This document shows, piece after piece, positions 19,730 through 28,947 of a stretch of 64,000 nt of DNA (its first letter is position 1; every line of letters starts with the position of its first letter). The notes below the pieces were generated by a model. That model did not search any database. It was not told where the DNA came from and saw nothing but the letters and a program-made list of their open reading frames with translations. Made by a program: the position numbers and the translations under genes. Source of the DNA: Candidatus Margulisiibacteriota bacterium (lineage in GTDB: Bacteria > Margulisbacteria > WOR-1 > O2-12-FULL-45-9 > XYB2-FULL-48-7); contig JBAZTH010000002.1 of NCBI GenBank assembly GCA_041661965.1, positions 1 to 64,000 on the forward strand, written 5' to 3'.

Positions 19730-20725
19730 AGCCCCTTTTTTGACCGGGATGATCGGGCAGTATTGCTTAAGGAAAGCGACCGTATATTTGTAGATCAGGT
19801 CGGCTCCTTTTTTGTCCAGCGGCAGATGCCCTTCCCCTTTTAAGACTTTCATCGCTTTATGATCGTTTTTGATATCAGCGTAGATCTCCTCAACATTGGC
19901 TTCGCTGATCCAGGGATCGTTTTCACCGTAAAGGAGCAAGCACGGCTGTTCGATCCCGGCAATGTCCCCTAAAACTTTCTCCCGGCTATTCACCCCAATG
20001 ATATCGTCGAGAAAGACCTTGGTTAGGACCGCCCAACTCCCGTTTCTCTTGATCACGAAAAGCTTGCCGGTCAACCGCCAGAAGAAAAAGACCACTTTTT
20101 TGATCTGCCGCTTGGAACGTTTGGCAAAGATCCGCAGGTGTTGGCCCAAACGGGCGAATTTTTGCGTCAATTCGTTGAAATGGTTGAAGCCAAGCTCGAC
20201 CACATCATAGACCGGACAGATGCCGATGACCGCTTTGATCCGGGGATCGTGGTTCCGGGCGGCGTAAAGGAAAGAAGAAAAACTTCCGAAGCTGTGCCCG
20301 GCAATAAAAAGCTGTTCCTGATCGACCCCGGAAAACTGATGGACAAAATCGACCACCAAACTGATGTCGGCGACCAGCTCGGAGATCGTATACTCGCTGA
20401 AATCATGCCGCGCGACGTCGCCGACCGAATAATCGACCGTCCAGGCCAGGAAACCATCCGCGGCAAAACGACGGGCAATGTTGATCAGGTCGTATGAATT
20501 ACCGGCACAACCGGGAAAGATGATGATCGTCGGCGCTTTAGGGGCCGGTTCTTTCGGTTGGTGAAGATCGAGCTGAATGACCCGTCCCTTTTTCTTTTCG
20601 ATCGTAAAACGGCGGATGTTTGAAGGACGCGGCAGGACAAAATGCTGGCTGGAGAGCCAAAGCGGCGCGAAATCGAGCGAAACTGTTTCTTCGTTTATTA
20701 CCGGTAAGTCGGCCATCTTAAGCAT
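19727..20725 (-). CDS. Alpha/beta-hydrolase fold protein (esterase/lipase-like)
   Basis: GHSFGS nucleophile elbow (GxSxG). Confidence 0.65.
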   Translation of the reverse strand: MLKMADLPVINEETVSLDFAPLWLSSQHFVLPRPSNIRRFTIEKKKGRVIQLDLHQPKEPAPKAPTIIIFPGCAGNSYDLINIARRFAADGFLAWTVDYSVGDVARHDFSEYTISELVADISLVVDFVHQFSGVDQEQLFIAGHSFGSFSSFLYAARNHDPRIKAVIGICPVYDVVELGFNHFNELTQKFARLGQHLRIFAKRSKRQIKKVVFFFWRLTGKLFVIKRNGSWAVLTKVFLDDIIGVNSREKVLGDIAGIEQPCLLLYGENDPWISEANVEEIYADIKNDHKAMKVLKGEGHLPLDKKGADLIYKYTVAFLKQYCPIIPVKKGA

Positions 20726-20805
20726 CTCCCTTCCTATATATTTATCGATATTTAAGCCAAATATCTTGCATTCCCACCCCTCGCTTAATCTGCTAAGATA
20801 CTCTT

Positions 20806-21759
20806 ATGGAAAGCCTGTGGCATAACCTGACCCCGGAACTGATCTTTCAAATGGTTGAGAAAACCATTGGAGAAGAATTAACCAATATTTGCATCAAACG
20901 GAACAGTTATATCAACCGGGTTTATGAGTTGGAAAAAGCCGATGGCTCCAGGCTAATCGTTAAATTCTATCGTCCAGGCCGTTGGGATCGGGAAACGATC
21001 CTGGCGGAACATAATTTTTTGGCTAAATTACAGGAAAACGATCTATCAGTAATCACGCCGATCGCGATCAACAACCAAACCCTCTTCACCCATGAACAAT
21101 TCAATTTTACCCTCTTCCCGAAAAAGTGGGGGCGCGCGATGGACGAATTCGATCAAGATGGGTGGCAAACGATCGGCCGACTGATCGCCAAGATCCATCA
21201 AACCGGAGAAAAATTAACATCGGCCAAACGCCTGACCTGGCGGCCCAGCGTTGTCACCAGCCAGCATCTCCAGACAATAATTGAAACCGGGTTTATCCTT
21301 CCCGATTTCGCTCCTTCACTCAAAGGAGCGGTCGAACAATTGATCGCCAAAAGCGAGCCATTATTTGACCGGGAAGAGACCTTGCTCTTGCATGGCGATT
21401 GTCACAAAGGAAATTTTATTTCCCGGCCGGGCGAAGGGATCTACATCATCGACTTTGACGATTGCTGTTTGGGACCGGCGACCCAGGACCTCTGGCTCCT
21501 TCTCCCTGACAAGCCCGAGAAGGCCCCTAACGAAGCGGCCTGGCTGATTAAGGGGTACAAGACCTTCCGGAACTTTAATGAGTCGAGCTGGCATCTGGCC
21601 CCGGCCTTAAGAGGAATGAGGATCGTCCACTACGCCGCCTGGCTGGCGGTCCAATCAAAAGAGAATGACTTCAGCCGTAACTTCCCCGAAACCGGCACCC
21701 CCCGCTATTGGAATAGCCTGGTTAGGGAATTGCAAAGTATCGTCGCGGACGAGCTTTAG
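20806..21759 (+). CDS. Aminoglycoside-phosphotransferase/choline-kinase-family protein kinase-like enzyme (SrkA/YihE-like?)
   Basis: [12 protein letters not shown] catalytic loop and IIDFDD metal-binding motif. Confidence 0.6.
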   Translation: MESLWHNLTPELIFQMVEKTIGEELTNICIKRNSYINRVYELEKADGSRLIVKFYRPGRWDRETILAEHNFLAKLQENDLSVITPIAINNQTLFTHEQFNFTLFPKKWGRAMDEFDQDGWQTIGRLIAKIHQTGEKLTSAKRLTWRPSVVTSQHLQTIIETGFILPDFAPSLKGAVEQLIAKSEPLFDREETLLLHGDCHKGNFISRPGEGIYIIDFDDCCLGPATQDLWLLLPDKPEKAPNEAAWLIKGYKTFRNFNESSWHLAPALRGMRIVHYAAWLAVQSKENDFSRNFPETGTPRYWNSLVRELQSIVADEL

Positions 21760-22244
21760 AGGAAACGTTCGAACCGCTCTTTTTTCGCCTTGCAGACCGG
21801 GCAAACTTCCGGGGGCTGTTCGCGGGCGCAGAGATAACCGCAGACTTTACAGCGCCAGACCGGGAAGGCCAGCTTTTCCGGCAGGATCGCCGACTTCCCT
21901 TTTAGTTCTTCTCTAAGATCAGCTGTCGGCCGGCGTTCCGGAATCGAGGTTAACTTCTTTTTCCCCGCCAAAACTTCTTCGGACACATACAAAGCACAAT
22001 AACAGGCACCGTAATCGATCAGATCGGGATCGCGGTAATCACAGGGGCAGATGATATCGAGATCAGCCTCTTTCTTCCCGCTCGCCAACCGGCAGGGACA
22101 GGCCTGGTAACCATAGCGCGCTTCGTTGACCAATAACCCTTTCACTAAATCTTTGGCAAACTCTTGATCAGGATTGAGGTGATAGCCTCCGGCCTCCGCC
22201 TCGGCCTTTAATTTATCAAAAAGCTGGTCAGTTGCTGAACTCAT
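21756..22244 (-). CDS. Ferredoxin:thioredoxin reductase catalytic-subunit-like domain fused to a C-terminal rubredoxin-like zinc ribbon
   Basis: CPC-x15-CPC-x10-CYC cluster as in the FTR catalytic chain, then WRCKVCGY...CPVC rubredoxin knuckles. Confidence 0.55.
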   Translation of the reverse strand: MSSATDQLFDKLKAEAEAGGYHLNPDQEFAKDLVKGLLVNEARYGYQACPCRLASGKKEADLDIICPCDYRDPDLIDYGACYCALYVSEEVLAGKKKLTSIPERRPTADLREELKGKSAILPEKLAFPVWRCKVCGYLCAREQPPEVCPVCKAKKERFERFL

Positions 22245-22512
22245 GATTTATTTTCCCCTCATCATAACCGACAATGCACTTTTTATTGTTAATGACCATG
22301 GTCGGAAAAGAACAGGGTGGGTTCCATTTTTTGATCTCCGCCTGCGCTTCTTCGGTTTCGTTGACGTCCAGCATATCGACGTCGGTATAATCATAAGCGA
22401 CACCGAGATCGTTAAGCAGTTTCTTAGTTTTCTTGCACCAAACGCAGGTACTTAAGGTATACAGTTTGATCGAACCTTTATCTTTGCCGTCAACGTGGGT
22501 CATGGTAACCAT
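22228..22512 (-). CDS. Glutaredoxin/NrdH-like thioredoxin-fold protein
   Basis: CVWC active site in a ~90-aa Trx fold. Overlaps the start of the FTR-like gene, suggesting an operon. Confidence 0.6.
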   Translation of the reverse strand: MVTMTHVDGKDKGSIKLYTLSTCVWCKKTKKLLNDLGVAYDYTDVDMLDVNETEEAQAEIKKWNPPCSFPTMVINNKKCIVGYDEGKINHEFSN

Positions 22513-22592
22513 AAAATAATCCTCCTTGGTTTCCGCCCCTTACAATCCACTCTTACCGCCTTCAATTATATCACGCCAAAGAGTCCCAACTT

Positions 22593-23297
22593 TTATGGCT
22601 TAAATAATAAAGGGAGCAGTTCTTTATCAAAATCGGCGGCGGTAACGAAAAGCTCACTGGCTCCGGAAACGTTCTTGGCCCGAAGATAAGCGGGATAGAC
22701 ATGGCGCTTAACCCGGCGAAAATCGGCGTATTCGATCGTTTTAACGACTCCGGAAATCGATATTTGTTTTTCTTTGACGACCATCTTTAAAGCTTGATCG
22801 ACCCAAAGCTGGAGTTTGAAATAGGGAGCTTGTTTGGGCGCTTTCAGCATCAAGACCCGGCATTTATAAACAGCCGAAGCCTCCCTTGTCCCCTTGGGAA
22901 AATTTATGACTACCGTTTCCCGGGTGACGGTTTCGACCGCATAATCCGCGAAGTTCCGGTCAATCATCAGGTCGGCATAACTGAAGGCCGAGCCCAAAAA
23001 CGAACTGCCCAGGATATGACCGGTCAGTTTGACCGGCCGGCCGGCATCGACCGAAAACAACCACAAGCTCTCCCCGATCCGTAAATATTTTGTCCCTTGC
23101 TCGGCCAAGCTCTCCAGGGTGATCAGGGCCCGGTCGGCGCCGTTATTATAAATGACCAGATCGACTGTTCGCTTCTCGCCGCCGCTTTGATAGCGCAGTC
23201 TGGCGGTCAGTTGGGAGAGCCCCTTTTCCGCCGGAGCCAGCGCGGCGGCCAGCGTCGCGATTTGCAGCAGGATCAAACCGATAATAATTTTTCTCAT
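22593..23297 (-). CDS. Secreted LolA-like (outer-membrane lipoprotein-sorting-like) protein
   Basis: Signal peptide MRKIIIGLILLQIATLAAALA, then a ~210-aa beta-rich domain. Operonic with FtsX/ABC genes. The long N-terminal extension in the ORF track was discarded. Confidence 0.35.
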   Translation of the reverse strand: MRKIIIGLILLQIATLAAALAPAEKGLSQLTARLRYQSGGEKRTVDLVIYNNGADRALITLESLAEQGTKYLRIGESLWLFSVDAGRPVKLTGHILGSSFLGSAFSYADLMIDRNFADYAVETVTRETVVINFPKGTREASAVYKCRVLMLKAPKQAPYFKLQLWVDQALKMVVKEKQISISGVVKTIEYADFRRVKRHVYPAYLRAKNVSGASELFVTAADFDKELLPLLFKP

Positions 23298-24451
23298 CGC
23301 AGCCCTCTCCAGGCCGGGACCAGCATCCCCAGGCAGGAAAAACCAAGACTGCCGCCTAAGCCCAGGAACAGGTCCGACCATTTTATCCCCGGCTCGATCT
23401 CCAAAGGGACAAAATCAAGGCCGGCCCAACCGAGCGGAACCGTCCAACCAACCTGATTAACGATCAGCGCCAACGCCCCGCCGATCAGGCCGGCCAATAA
23501 GCCGATAAGCGCCGCTTCGTAAAAGAACAAGCGCGCGAGCTCCCCCTTTTTTACCCCCAGTCTTTTCAGCGTCTTGATCTCGCGGTCCCGTTCGGCGACA
23601 CTGGAAGAAAAGAAATGATAAAGCAGAGTGCAACCCAGAAAGAGGAGGAGTCCGCTGAAAGCCAGGCCAATCAACCGCCCCTTCTCCAGCCAGATCATCG
23701 CGGCGTCCTTTTCCCGGGGGATGACGGTAAACCGCCCGGGCGCGACCCGTTCCAGTTCATCTCCCAGGTACTCCGCCGCTTCACCGGCAAAAGCGGGATC
23801 GCGCAGATAAATGACAACTTCCGAAACTTTGTCGTTAAGGGCGAAAACTTTTTGCGCCGCCGCCAACGGAAAAAAGAAGGTCCCGTCATCGATCGAAGCG
23901 GCGCCGGAACTAAAGATCCCAACGACCTCCAGATCAAACAGGGTCACCGCTCCCAGAGCATTTTGCGCGACGATCGTCAGCTTATCGCCCAGACCGACCT
24001 CCAGTTTTTGCGCCAACCCTTTGCCGATGACCAGCTCTTTGGCGCTCACACCAACCTGACGGCCGGCCAGCGTCCGCCAAACCGGGCGTTCTCTCGTCGC
24101 GTCGATAGCGATCCCCTGCGCCGGCAAGCTCCGCCCCTGATTCTGCAGCAGCAGTTTGATCTTGATCCGTTCGGTTTGGAGCGTCACCTCCTGATATTGA
24201 GCGGCCAATCGCTCGATCTCCTGATACTTGGCAAAGCTTTTGGCCAGCGGGAACAAGCGATCGTTATACTGCCGATCGACGACCCGCAAATGCCCGCTCC
24301 GGTAATAAGCGATATTCCCCGCCGTGCCGTCCGCGACTTGCCTGACCAGCGACCAGGAAAGGACGGCCAAGGCGACCGCCACGGCAAAGCCAAGGACGGT
24401 CAACAACCCCCAGGCGGTATTTAAAATATTTTTTACAGCCAGCCGAAACAT
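23294..24451 (-). CDS. ABC transporter permease, FtsX/MacB/LolE-like
   Basis: N-terminal TM, large periplasmic domain, C-terminal 3-TM FtsX fold. Start taken at MFRLAVKNILN. Confidence 0.7.
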   Translation of the reverse strand: MFRLAVKNILNTAWGLLTVLGFAVAVALAVLSWSLVRQVADGTAGNIAYYRSGHLRVVDRQYNDRLFPLAKSFAKYQEIERLAAQYQEVTLQTERIKIKLLLQNQGRSLPAQGIAIDATRERPVWRTLAGRQVGVSAKELVIGKGLAQKLEVGLGDKLTIVAQNALGAVTLFDLEVVGIFSSGAASIDDGTFFFPLAAAQKVFALNDKVSEVVIYLRDPAFAGEAAEYLGDELERVAPGRFTVIPREKDAAMIWLEKGRLIGLAFSGLLLFLGCTLLYHFFSSSVAERDREIKTLKRLGVKKGELARLFFYEAALIGLLAGLIGGALALIVNQVGWTVPLGWAGLDFVPLEIEPGIKWSDLFLGLGGSLGFSCLGMLVPAWRGLR

Positions 24452-25422
24452 TTCACTATTCCTCCGATCAATAAACCGAGCAGGATCCCGGCCAGGATCG
24501 TTAAGCCGATCTCCCAGGCGATCAGCCGGACAAAATCCCGCCGCTTCAAGCCCAACTGCCGCCAATAAGCGAATTCTTCCGCCCGCAAGATCCTGGCGAG
24601 ATGAATATAATTTACCGCCCCGACCAGCACGACCAAAAGCCAGATGACCGCCAGGGCGGTCAGAATGGCGCGGCGGCCGGCGGAGAGCCAATTGAATTGG
24701 CCGTTCATTTTCTGCCAGGGGATCGCTTGGACCGAGGGCAAACTAACGGACAAAGCCTCTCTGGGATTTTTCAAGCGGATCGAGATCTCGGTCACGCCGC
24801 GGTTAAGACCCAGGCCGGATTGGGCAACCGACAAGGGAACAAAGACCGCCGAAGCATCAAGCTCCCGATCGCCGGTCTTTAGCAACCCTTTGACCCAAAA
24901 GCTGAACTGATGAAAAACCCCGTTCCGTCCCTGCGCCAGAAAAGAAAGTTCGTCACCGATCGAAAGCCCAAGCGCCGCCGCCAACTCCCCTCCGAGCAGG
25001 ACCGCTTCTTCGCTCCCGGCCAGATAGCGCCCAACCGCGACTTTCTCCCGCAGTTTAAAGACCAGATCGTCCCGTTCGGAATCGATCGCGTAGACCAGGA
25101 TCGGCAGATCGCCGGAAGCGCTCGACAACATCGCCTGGAAACGGACCCGCGGCGCCGCTCCGATCAATCTTTTTTGGACCTCATGGACCACCGCTTCCGG
25201 CGACAAGATCAGATTCGACAGGGAAAAGCCGGCGGGATCGTAATCTTGAGGGTAGATCTTAACGTGGCCGAACCGAAAGTCGATCTCGCTTTGGATAAGA
25301 CGCCGCTCCAGGTCGCGCAGGAAGAAATTGACCAGCAGCGCGGCGGCCACGACTACCGCGATCGAGAGGATCGGGAAGAGACGCGGACGCCGAACAAGAT
25401 TCCTGAAAGCGAAACTAAGCAT
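24433..25422 (-). CDS. ABC transporter permease, FtsX-like (second copy)
   Basis: Same architecture as the neighbouring permease (MLSFAFRNLVRRPRL...). Confidence 0.7.
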   Translation of the reverse strand: MLSFAFRNLVRRPRLFPILSIAVVVAAALLVNFFLRDLERRLIQSEIDFRFGHVKIYPQDYDPAGFSLSNLILSPEAVVHEVQKRLIGAAPRVRFQAMLSSASGDLPILVYAIDSERDDLVFKLREKVAVGRYLAGSEEAVLLGGELAAALGLSIGDELSFLAQGRNGVFHQFSFWVKGLLKTGDRELDASAVFVPLSVAQSGLGLNRGVTEISIRLKNPREALSVSLPSVQAIPWQKMNGQFNWLSAGRRAILTALAVIWLLVVLVGAVNYIHLARILRAEEFAYWRQLGLKRRDFVRLIAWEIGLTILAGILLGLLIGGIVKCFGWL

Positions 25423-26152
25423 TCTGCTCCGCTTTGAGATCGTAAATCGGGACCTCTTCGTTCCTGGCCAGAGTCAACCCCGCGGGCCGGGGCTCTCCCT
25501 CGATCACCCCGCCGTAGATCTTAACCGTTCGGGTCAGGTAACGCGAAAACGCCGGGTCGTCGCTCGCGACTAAAAAGGTCGTTTTCTTTTTTTGATTGAT
25601 CTCTGCCATTGTCCTGATCAGCTCCAGACCGGAAGCGAGAGCCAGCCGGGCGGTCGGTTCATCGGCCAGAATTATGGAGGGACTTTTGATCAAAGCGGCC
25701 GCCAAAGCGGTCTTCGCTCTTTCCAGCGGAGTGAGCGCGCCAATCCTTTTGCCCGCGACCTTCTCGAGATCAAGTTCGGCCAGGAGTTGTTTGACCCGCT
25801 CGCGCCGCTCGCCCCCCTTCCCTTGTTTCAGCAACTGCAGAGGCAATTCCACGTTCTCTTGAACCGTAAAGACCGGGATCATTTCGGTTTCGGCGGTCAG
25901 GAAACCAATTTCCCGGCGCCGGACCTCGGCCAAAAGTTCGGCGCGGAGCCGCGAAACATTTTGGCTCTCCAAATAAATTTTGCCTTCGTCAGGTTTTTCC
26001 AAACAACCGATCAATTTTAATAAAGTGGTTTTACCGGCGCCGGACGGCCCATAAAGCAGGACCATCTCACCGGCCTCGATCGCTAAATTAACGTTCTTGA
26101 CGGCGGGAATCCCGGCATAACTCTTGGTCACATTATCCAATAATACCAGCAT
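25415..26152 (-). CDS. ABC transporter ATP-binding protein (LolD/MacB-type)
   Basis: Walker A GPSGAGKTT, signature LSGGQ-like, Walker B ILADEPT. Start MLVLLDNV behind RBS GGGAGGA. Confidence 0.9.
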   Translation of the reverse strand: MLVLLDNVTKSYAGIPAVKNVNLAIEAGEMVLLYGPSGAGKTTLLKLIGCLEKPDEGKIYLESQNVSRLRAELLAEVRRREIGFLTAETEMIPVFTVQENVELPLQLLKQGKGGERRERVKQLLAELDLEKVAGKRIGALTPLERAKTALAAALIKSPSIILADEPTARLALASGLELIRTMAEINQKKKTTFLVASDDPAFSRYLTRTVKIYGGVIEGEPRPAGLTLARNEEVPIYDLKAEQNA

Positions 26153-26234
26153 TATTTTCCTCCCTGGCAGGCCACTTAATGCTACTACTATTATCCATGT
26201 TGTCAACCATTTGCCGAGCCTGTAAAATCAAACC

Positions 26235-26750
26235 ATGAAAAAATTAGCGGCCGTTTTATTGGTTGTCTTTTTCGGAACGCTCGGCCCAACCGGCGCCGCG
26301 CCGCTCTCCGCTGAAGGGATATCAGTTTACTTCTCCCCTAACGGCGGGACCAGGGATAAGATCATCTCCCGGATCAATCTCGCCCGGAAAAGCATCAAGA
26401 TCGCGATCTACAGCCTGACCTCGGGGGAAATAACCTGGGCGCTGGAGAACGCGAAAAAGCGCGGGGTTGAGATCAAAGTCGTGGCCGACTATTCCCAATC
26501 CAAAGGCAAACACTCCGAGATCCCCTATTTGATCAACAAGGGATTTAAAGTTAAGGTCATCAAAGGGAAAGGCCGCGGGATCATGCACAACAAATTTGCC
26601 GTTTTCGACGATCAAGAGGTCGCGACCGGCTCCTATAACTGGACCGAGAACGCCGAACAAAATAATTACGAGAACGCGCTTTTCCTAAAAGGAACGCAGA
26701 TCGTCTCGGCTTTCAGTCGGGAATTCGATCTGCTTTACGATCGGCCTTAA
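26235..26750 (+). CDS. Secreted phospholipase-D-superfamily nuclease (Nuc-like), single HKD domain
   Basis: Signal peptide plus the HNKFAVFD motif (H-x-K-x4-D). Confidence 0.7.
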   Translation: MKKLAAVLLVVFFGTLGPTGAAPLSAEGISVYFSPNGGTRDKIISRINLARKSIKIAIYSLTSGEITWALENAKKRGVEIKVVADYSQSKGKHSEIPYLINKGFKVKVIKGKGRGIMHNKFAVFDDQEVATGSYNWTENAEQNNYENALFLKGTQIVSAFSREFDLLYDRP

Positions 26751-26805
26751 TCTTTTCGCGAAGCGTGCTATAATGATCCAAGAATTTTTCAAGGAGGGCT
26801 CAAAA

Positions 26806-26967
26806 TGAACAAAAATACTCTTTGGCTCGTCGCCATCGCCGTCGCATTAATCTGCTGGGTTTACGGCAATACTTTAACGAGCGCCAATCTAGCGCTCGTC
26901 TTCATGCTGATCGTGCCGGGCCTGGTCATCCTGTCGGCCATGTTATACTCTTCCACCCTTAAGTAAG
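26806..26967 (+). CDS. Small hydrophobic protein (53 aa, 2 TM)
   Basis: RBS AAGGAGGG before ATG. Translates to MNKNTLWLVAIAVALICWVYGN...LVILSAMLYSSTLK. Below the ORF-track cutoff. Confidence 0.35.
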
Positions 26968-28064
26968 CCGCGCAGCGTCCCGTTCTCCCAATCGCAGCGG
27001 AGCCGCGGGCGTTTACTGGTTAATTCCCGGCCAAGAATGTACCCGGTTAAGAGGGGCAACGCCACGCTCGGTTCAACCCAAGCCATGGCGACGTTCGCGT
27101 CCTTCTTGATCTTCCCCCAGGAACGCCCCTCTTTTAAAGTGGAACTGGAAAGTCCGCCGTCGGCGGTCACCGCGGTCGTGATCTGCAGGGCGTAATCATG
27201 TCCCCGCTCCAACCCGTAGATGTAACCCATGACGATCGAATCGTTAATGTAATTCTTCGGCACCCCGCCCGCGACGTAAAAAGCGGCGGTCGCCGAAGAT
27301 TTCACGACGATCTGGACCAGTTCGTGGTTGTCCTGGATCGAATCGATGGCGATCCCCGGTCGGCCTTCTTTCAGACAGCGGACCCGGTGCTCGGTCAGGC
27401 CGATCCCGATCGAGGAATCATTGAGGGCCGGACAAAAAACCGGGACGCCGTGTTTGCGGCATTGATAGAGGATCGAATCTTCATCGTCAAGCGTGTCGGC
27501 CAGCGCTTCCAGATAGGCTCGACTGGAATAATTTCCCGGCTGGAGTTTGTCGGCGACCAGGCCGCAGTAATGATCGGTCCGCCAGACCGCTTCTTCATCA
27601 ATATAGGTATCGTAGATCCGATCGATCCGCAGGTCGCGTAACTCGTTGTCTTCGGAATCGGGGCTCCCCTGAAAATGGCCGTGGCCGAGGGCAGCGTAGA
27701 CATCCTGGTAAATGATCGCTCCGGTCGAGACCACCACATCGACCGCGCCGGCAACGATCAGGTCCCGGATCACCTGGCGTAAACCGGCGGCGATCAGGGG
27801 ACCGGCCAGGCCGAGCAGGACCGTCGGGCGGCGTTTGTCGCTATAGATCCGTTTTAAGACCTTGGCGCACTCCCCGATATTCCGAGCCTGGATCGACATC
27901 TCCCCCATCGCTTCGACCAGCTCGGCAACCGTGGTGGTTTTGGTCAGCTTAAGCTGTTTAACCCTTTTGTTTAAGAGCTGTTTTTTTAAAGAGCGGCCGC
28001 CGGTCTTTAGATCGACGTGGTCGAAAGAACCATAGACCGCCCGCTGTATCCCTTTTTTCTTCAT
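26943..28064 (-). CDS. Deoxyhypusine-synthase-like protein
   Basis: 373 aa with a DHS-family NAD-binding Rossmann region and motifs GGVPKNY and STLKEGRSWGKI; family assigned from recall of these motifs. Confidence 0.6.
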   Translation of the reverse strand: MKKKGIQRAVYGSFDHVDLKTGGRSLKKQLLNKRVKQLKLTKTTTVAELVEAMGEMSIQARNIGECAKVLKRIYSDKRRPTVLLGLAGPLIAAGLRQVIRDLIVAGAVDVVVSTGAIIYQDVYAALGHGHFQGSPDSEDNELRDLRIDRIYDTYIDEEAVWRTDHYCGLVADKLQPGNYSSRAYLEALADTLDDEDSILYQCRKHGVPVFCPALNDSSIGIGLTEHRVRCLKEGRPGIAIDSIQDNHELVQIVVKSSATAAFYVAGGVPKNYINDSIVMGYIYGLERGHDYALQITTAVTADGGLSSSTLKEGRSWGKIKKDANVAMAWVEPSVALPLLTGYILGRELTSKRPRLRCDWENGTLRGLLKGGRV

Positions 28065-28145
28065 ATTAGACCTCCAATATCACGATACTCCCGCCCTCTT
28101 TGCCTGTCAAGGCGGATGTGGTATCATTAAATAGACGAAAAGCGT

Positions 28146-28224
28146 GGTGGGCGTAGCTCAATTTGGTTAGAGCATCAGATTGTGGATCTGAGGGTTGCCG
28201 GTTCAATTCCGGTCGTCCACCCCA
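28146..28224 (+). tRNA. tRNA-His (anticodon GTG) with G-1 and encoded CCA
   Basis: G-1 pairs with the discriminator C. Anticodon stem TCAGA/TCTGA with loop TTGTGGA. Ends CGTCCAC-C-CCA. Confidence 0.9.
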
Positions 28225-28230
28225 TTCTTT
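28208..28230 (+). repeat. Direct repeat, left copy: 23-bp tRNA-His 3' end (TCCGGTCGTCCACCCCATTCTTT)
   Basis: Identical 23-mer at 28925-28947. The downstream copy also re-duplicates the T-loop segment (GCCGGTTCAAT-CC), interrupted by an 18-bp palindrome. Confidence 0.85.
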
Positions 28231-28263
28231 TATTTTCTTTCAATTTAGTAATTACCGTTAACT

Positions 28264-28878
28264 TTAATTCCATTTTCCATAATTATCCCTAATGGTTTTG
28301 TCCTTAGCAATTATTTTTGGAATTAACCCGGCTTTCGCAAGCACTGCCCCTCTCTTTCCATAAGAGATACTAGTCATATTAATATGATCATTTAACACCT
28401 TCATGACACTAATAAAACTTGAAATTATTTCAGAACAATCCTTGTCGGTCATTTGTTCAATGTTTCTATTGTTTATACTTATCCTCTTTATCTTTGAATG
28501 AATATATTTATTTCTTAAACAATTCAATTTTTTAATTTTTTCAAGAGCATCTTTGGGAATAATGCTCGTGTCTTTAAGGTGACGAACCTTTGTATTAAAA
28601 CTCATTCTATCAAGAATGCCGTTCTGAAATGGTAAAATCAAAGGGGACGGATAAAGGTACAACGTTGTTAATAGCGCATCAATTCGCTCTTCAATGGCAT
28701 TATGTACAATTAAAACAAAAGCGGAAGATAATATTCTCTCTTTATTAATATTCATTGATATGGCGATTTTTTCAATCATGCCAACTATTCCTTCGGCAGT
28801 CATATAAGAGTTGTTTTTATTTGTCATTTTGTTTTGATTATACTTCATATTTGGCCTTGAAACACAAAAAAACTTCAA
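28264..28878 (-). CDS. Hypothetical protein on an AT-rich islet at tRNA-His (204 aa)
   Basis: The only ORF between the att-like direct repeats. Strongly AT-rich relative to its flanks. No recognisable motifs. Confidence 0.5.
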   Translation of the reverse strand: MKFFCVSRPNMKYNQNKMTNKNNSYMTAEGIVGMIEKIAISMNINKERILSSAFVLIVHNAIEERIDALLTTLYLYPSPLILPFQNGILDRMSFNTKVRHLKDTSIIPKDALEKIKKLNCLRNKYIHSKIKRISINNRNIEQMTDKDCSEIISSFISVMKVLNDHINMTSISYGKRGAVLAKAGLIPKIIAKDKTIRDNYGKWN

Positions 28879-28924
28879 TATAATGGTTTAATGGCCGGTT
28901 CAATCCTGCCTGCCGGCAGGCAGG

Positions 28925-28947
28925 TCCGGTCGTCCACCCCATTCTTT
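28925..28947 (+). repeat. Direct repeat, right copy: partial tRNA-His 3' duplication (attR-like)
   Basis: See 28208-28230. Confidence 0.85.

Noticed and set aside
23615-24424. Long + strand ORFs 23615-24424, 24910-25437, 25592-26020, 27198-27641, 34842-35426, 35442-36131, 43211-44029, 44348-45149
   Set aside because: These are typical high-GC antisense ORFs (Arg/Pro/Gly/Asp-rich) lying opposite well-supported transporter, ftsK, kor and MATE genes.
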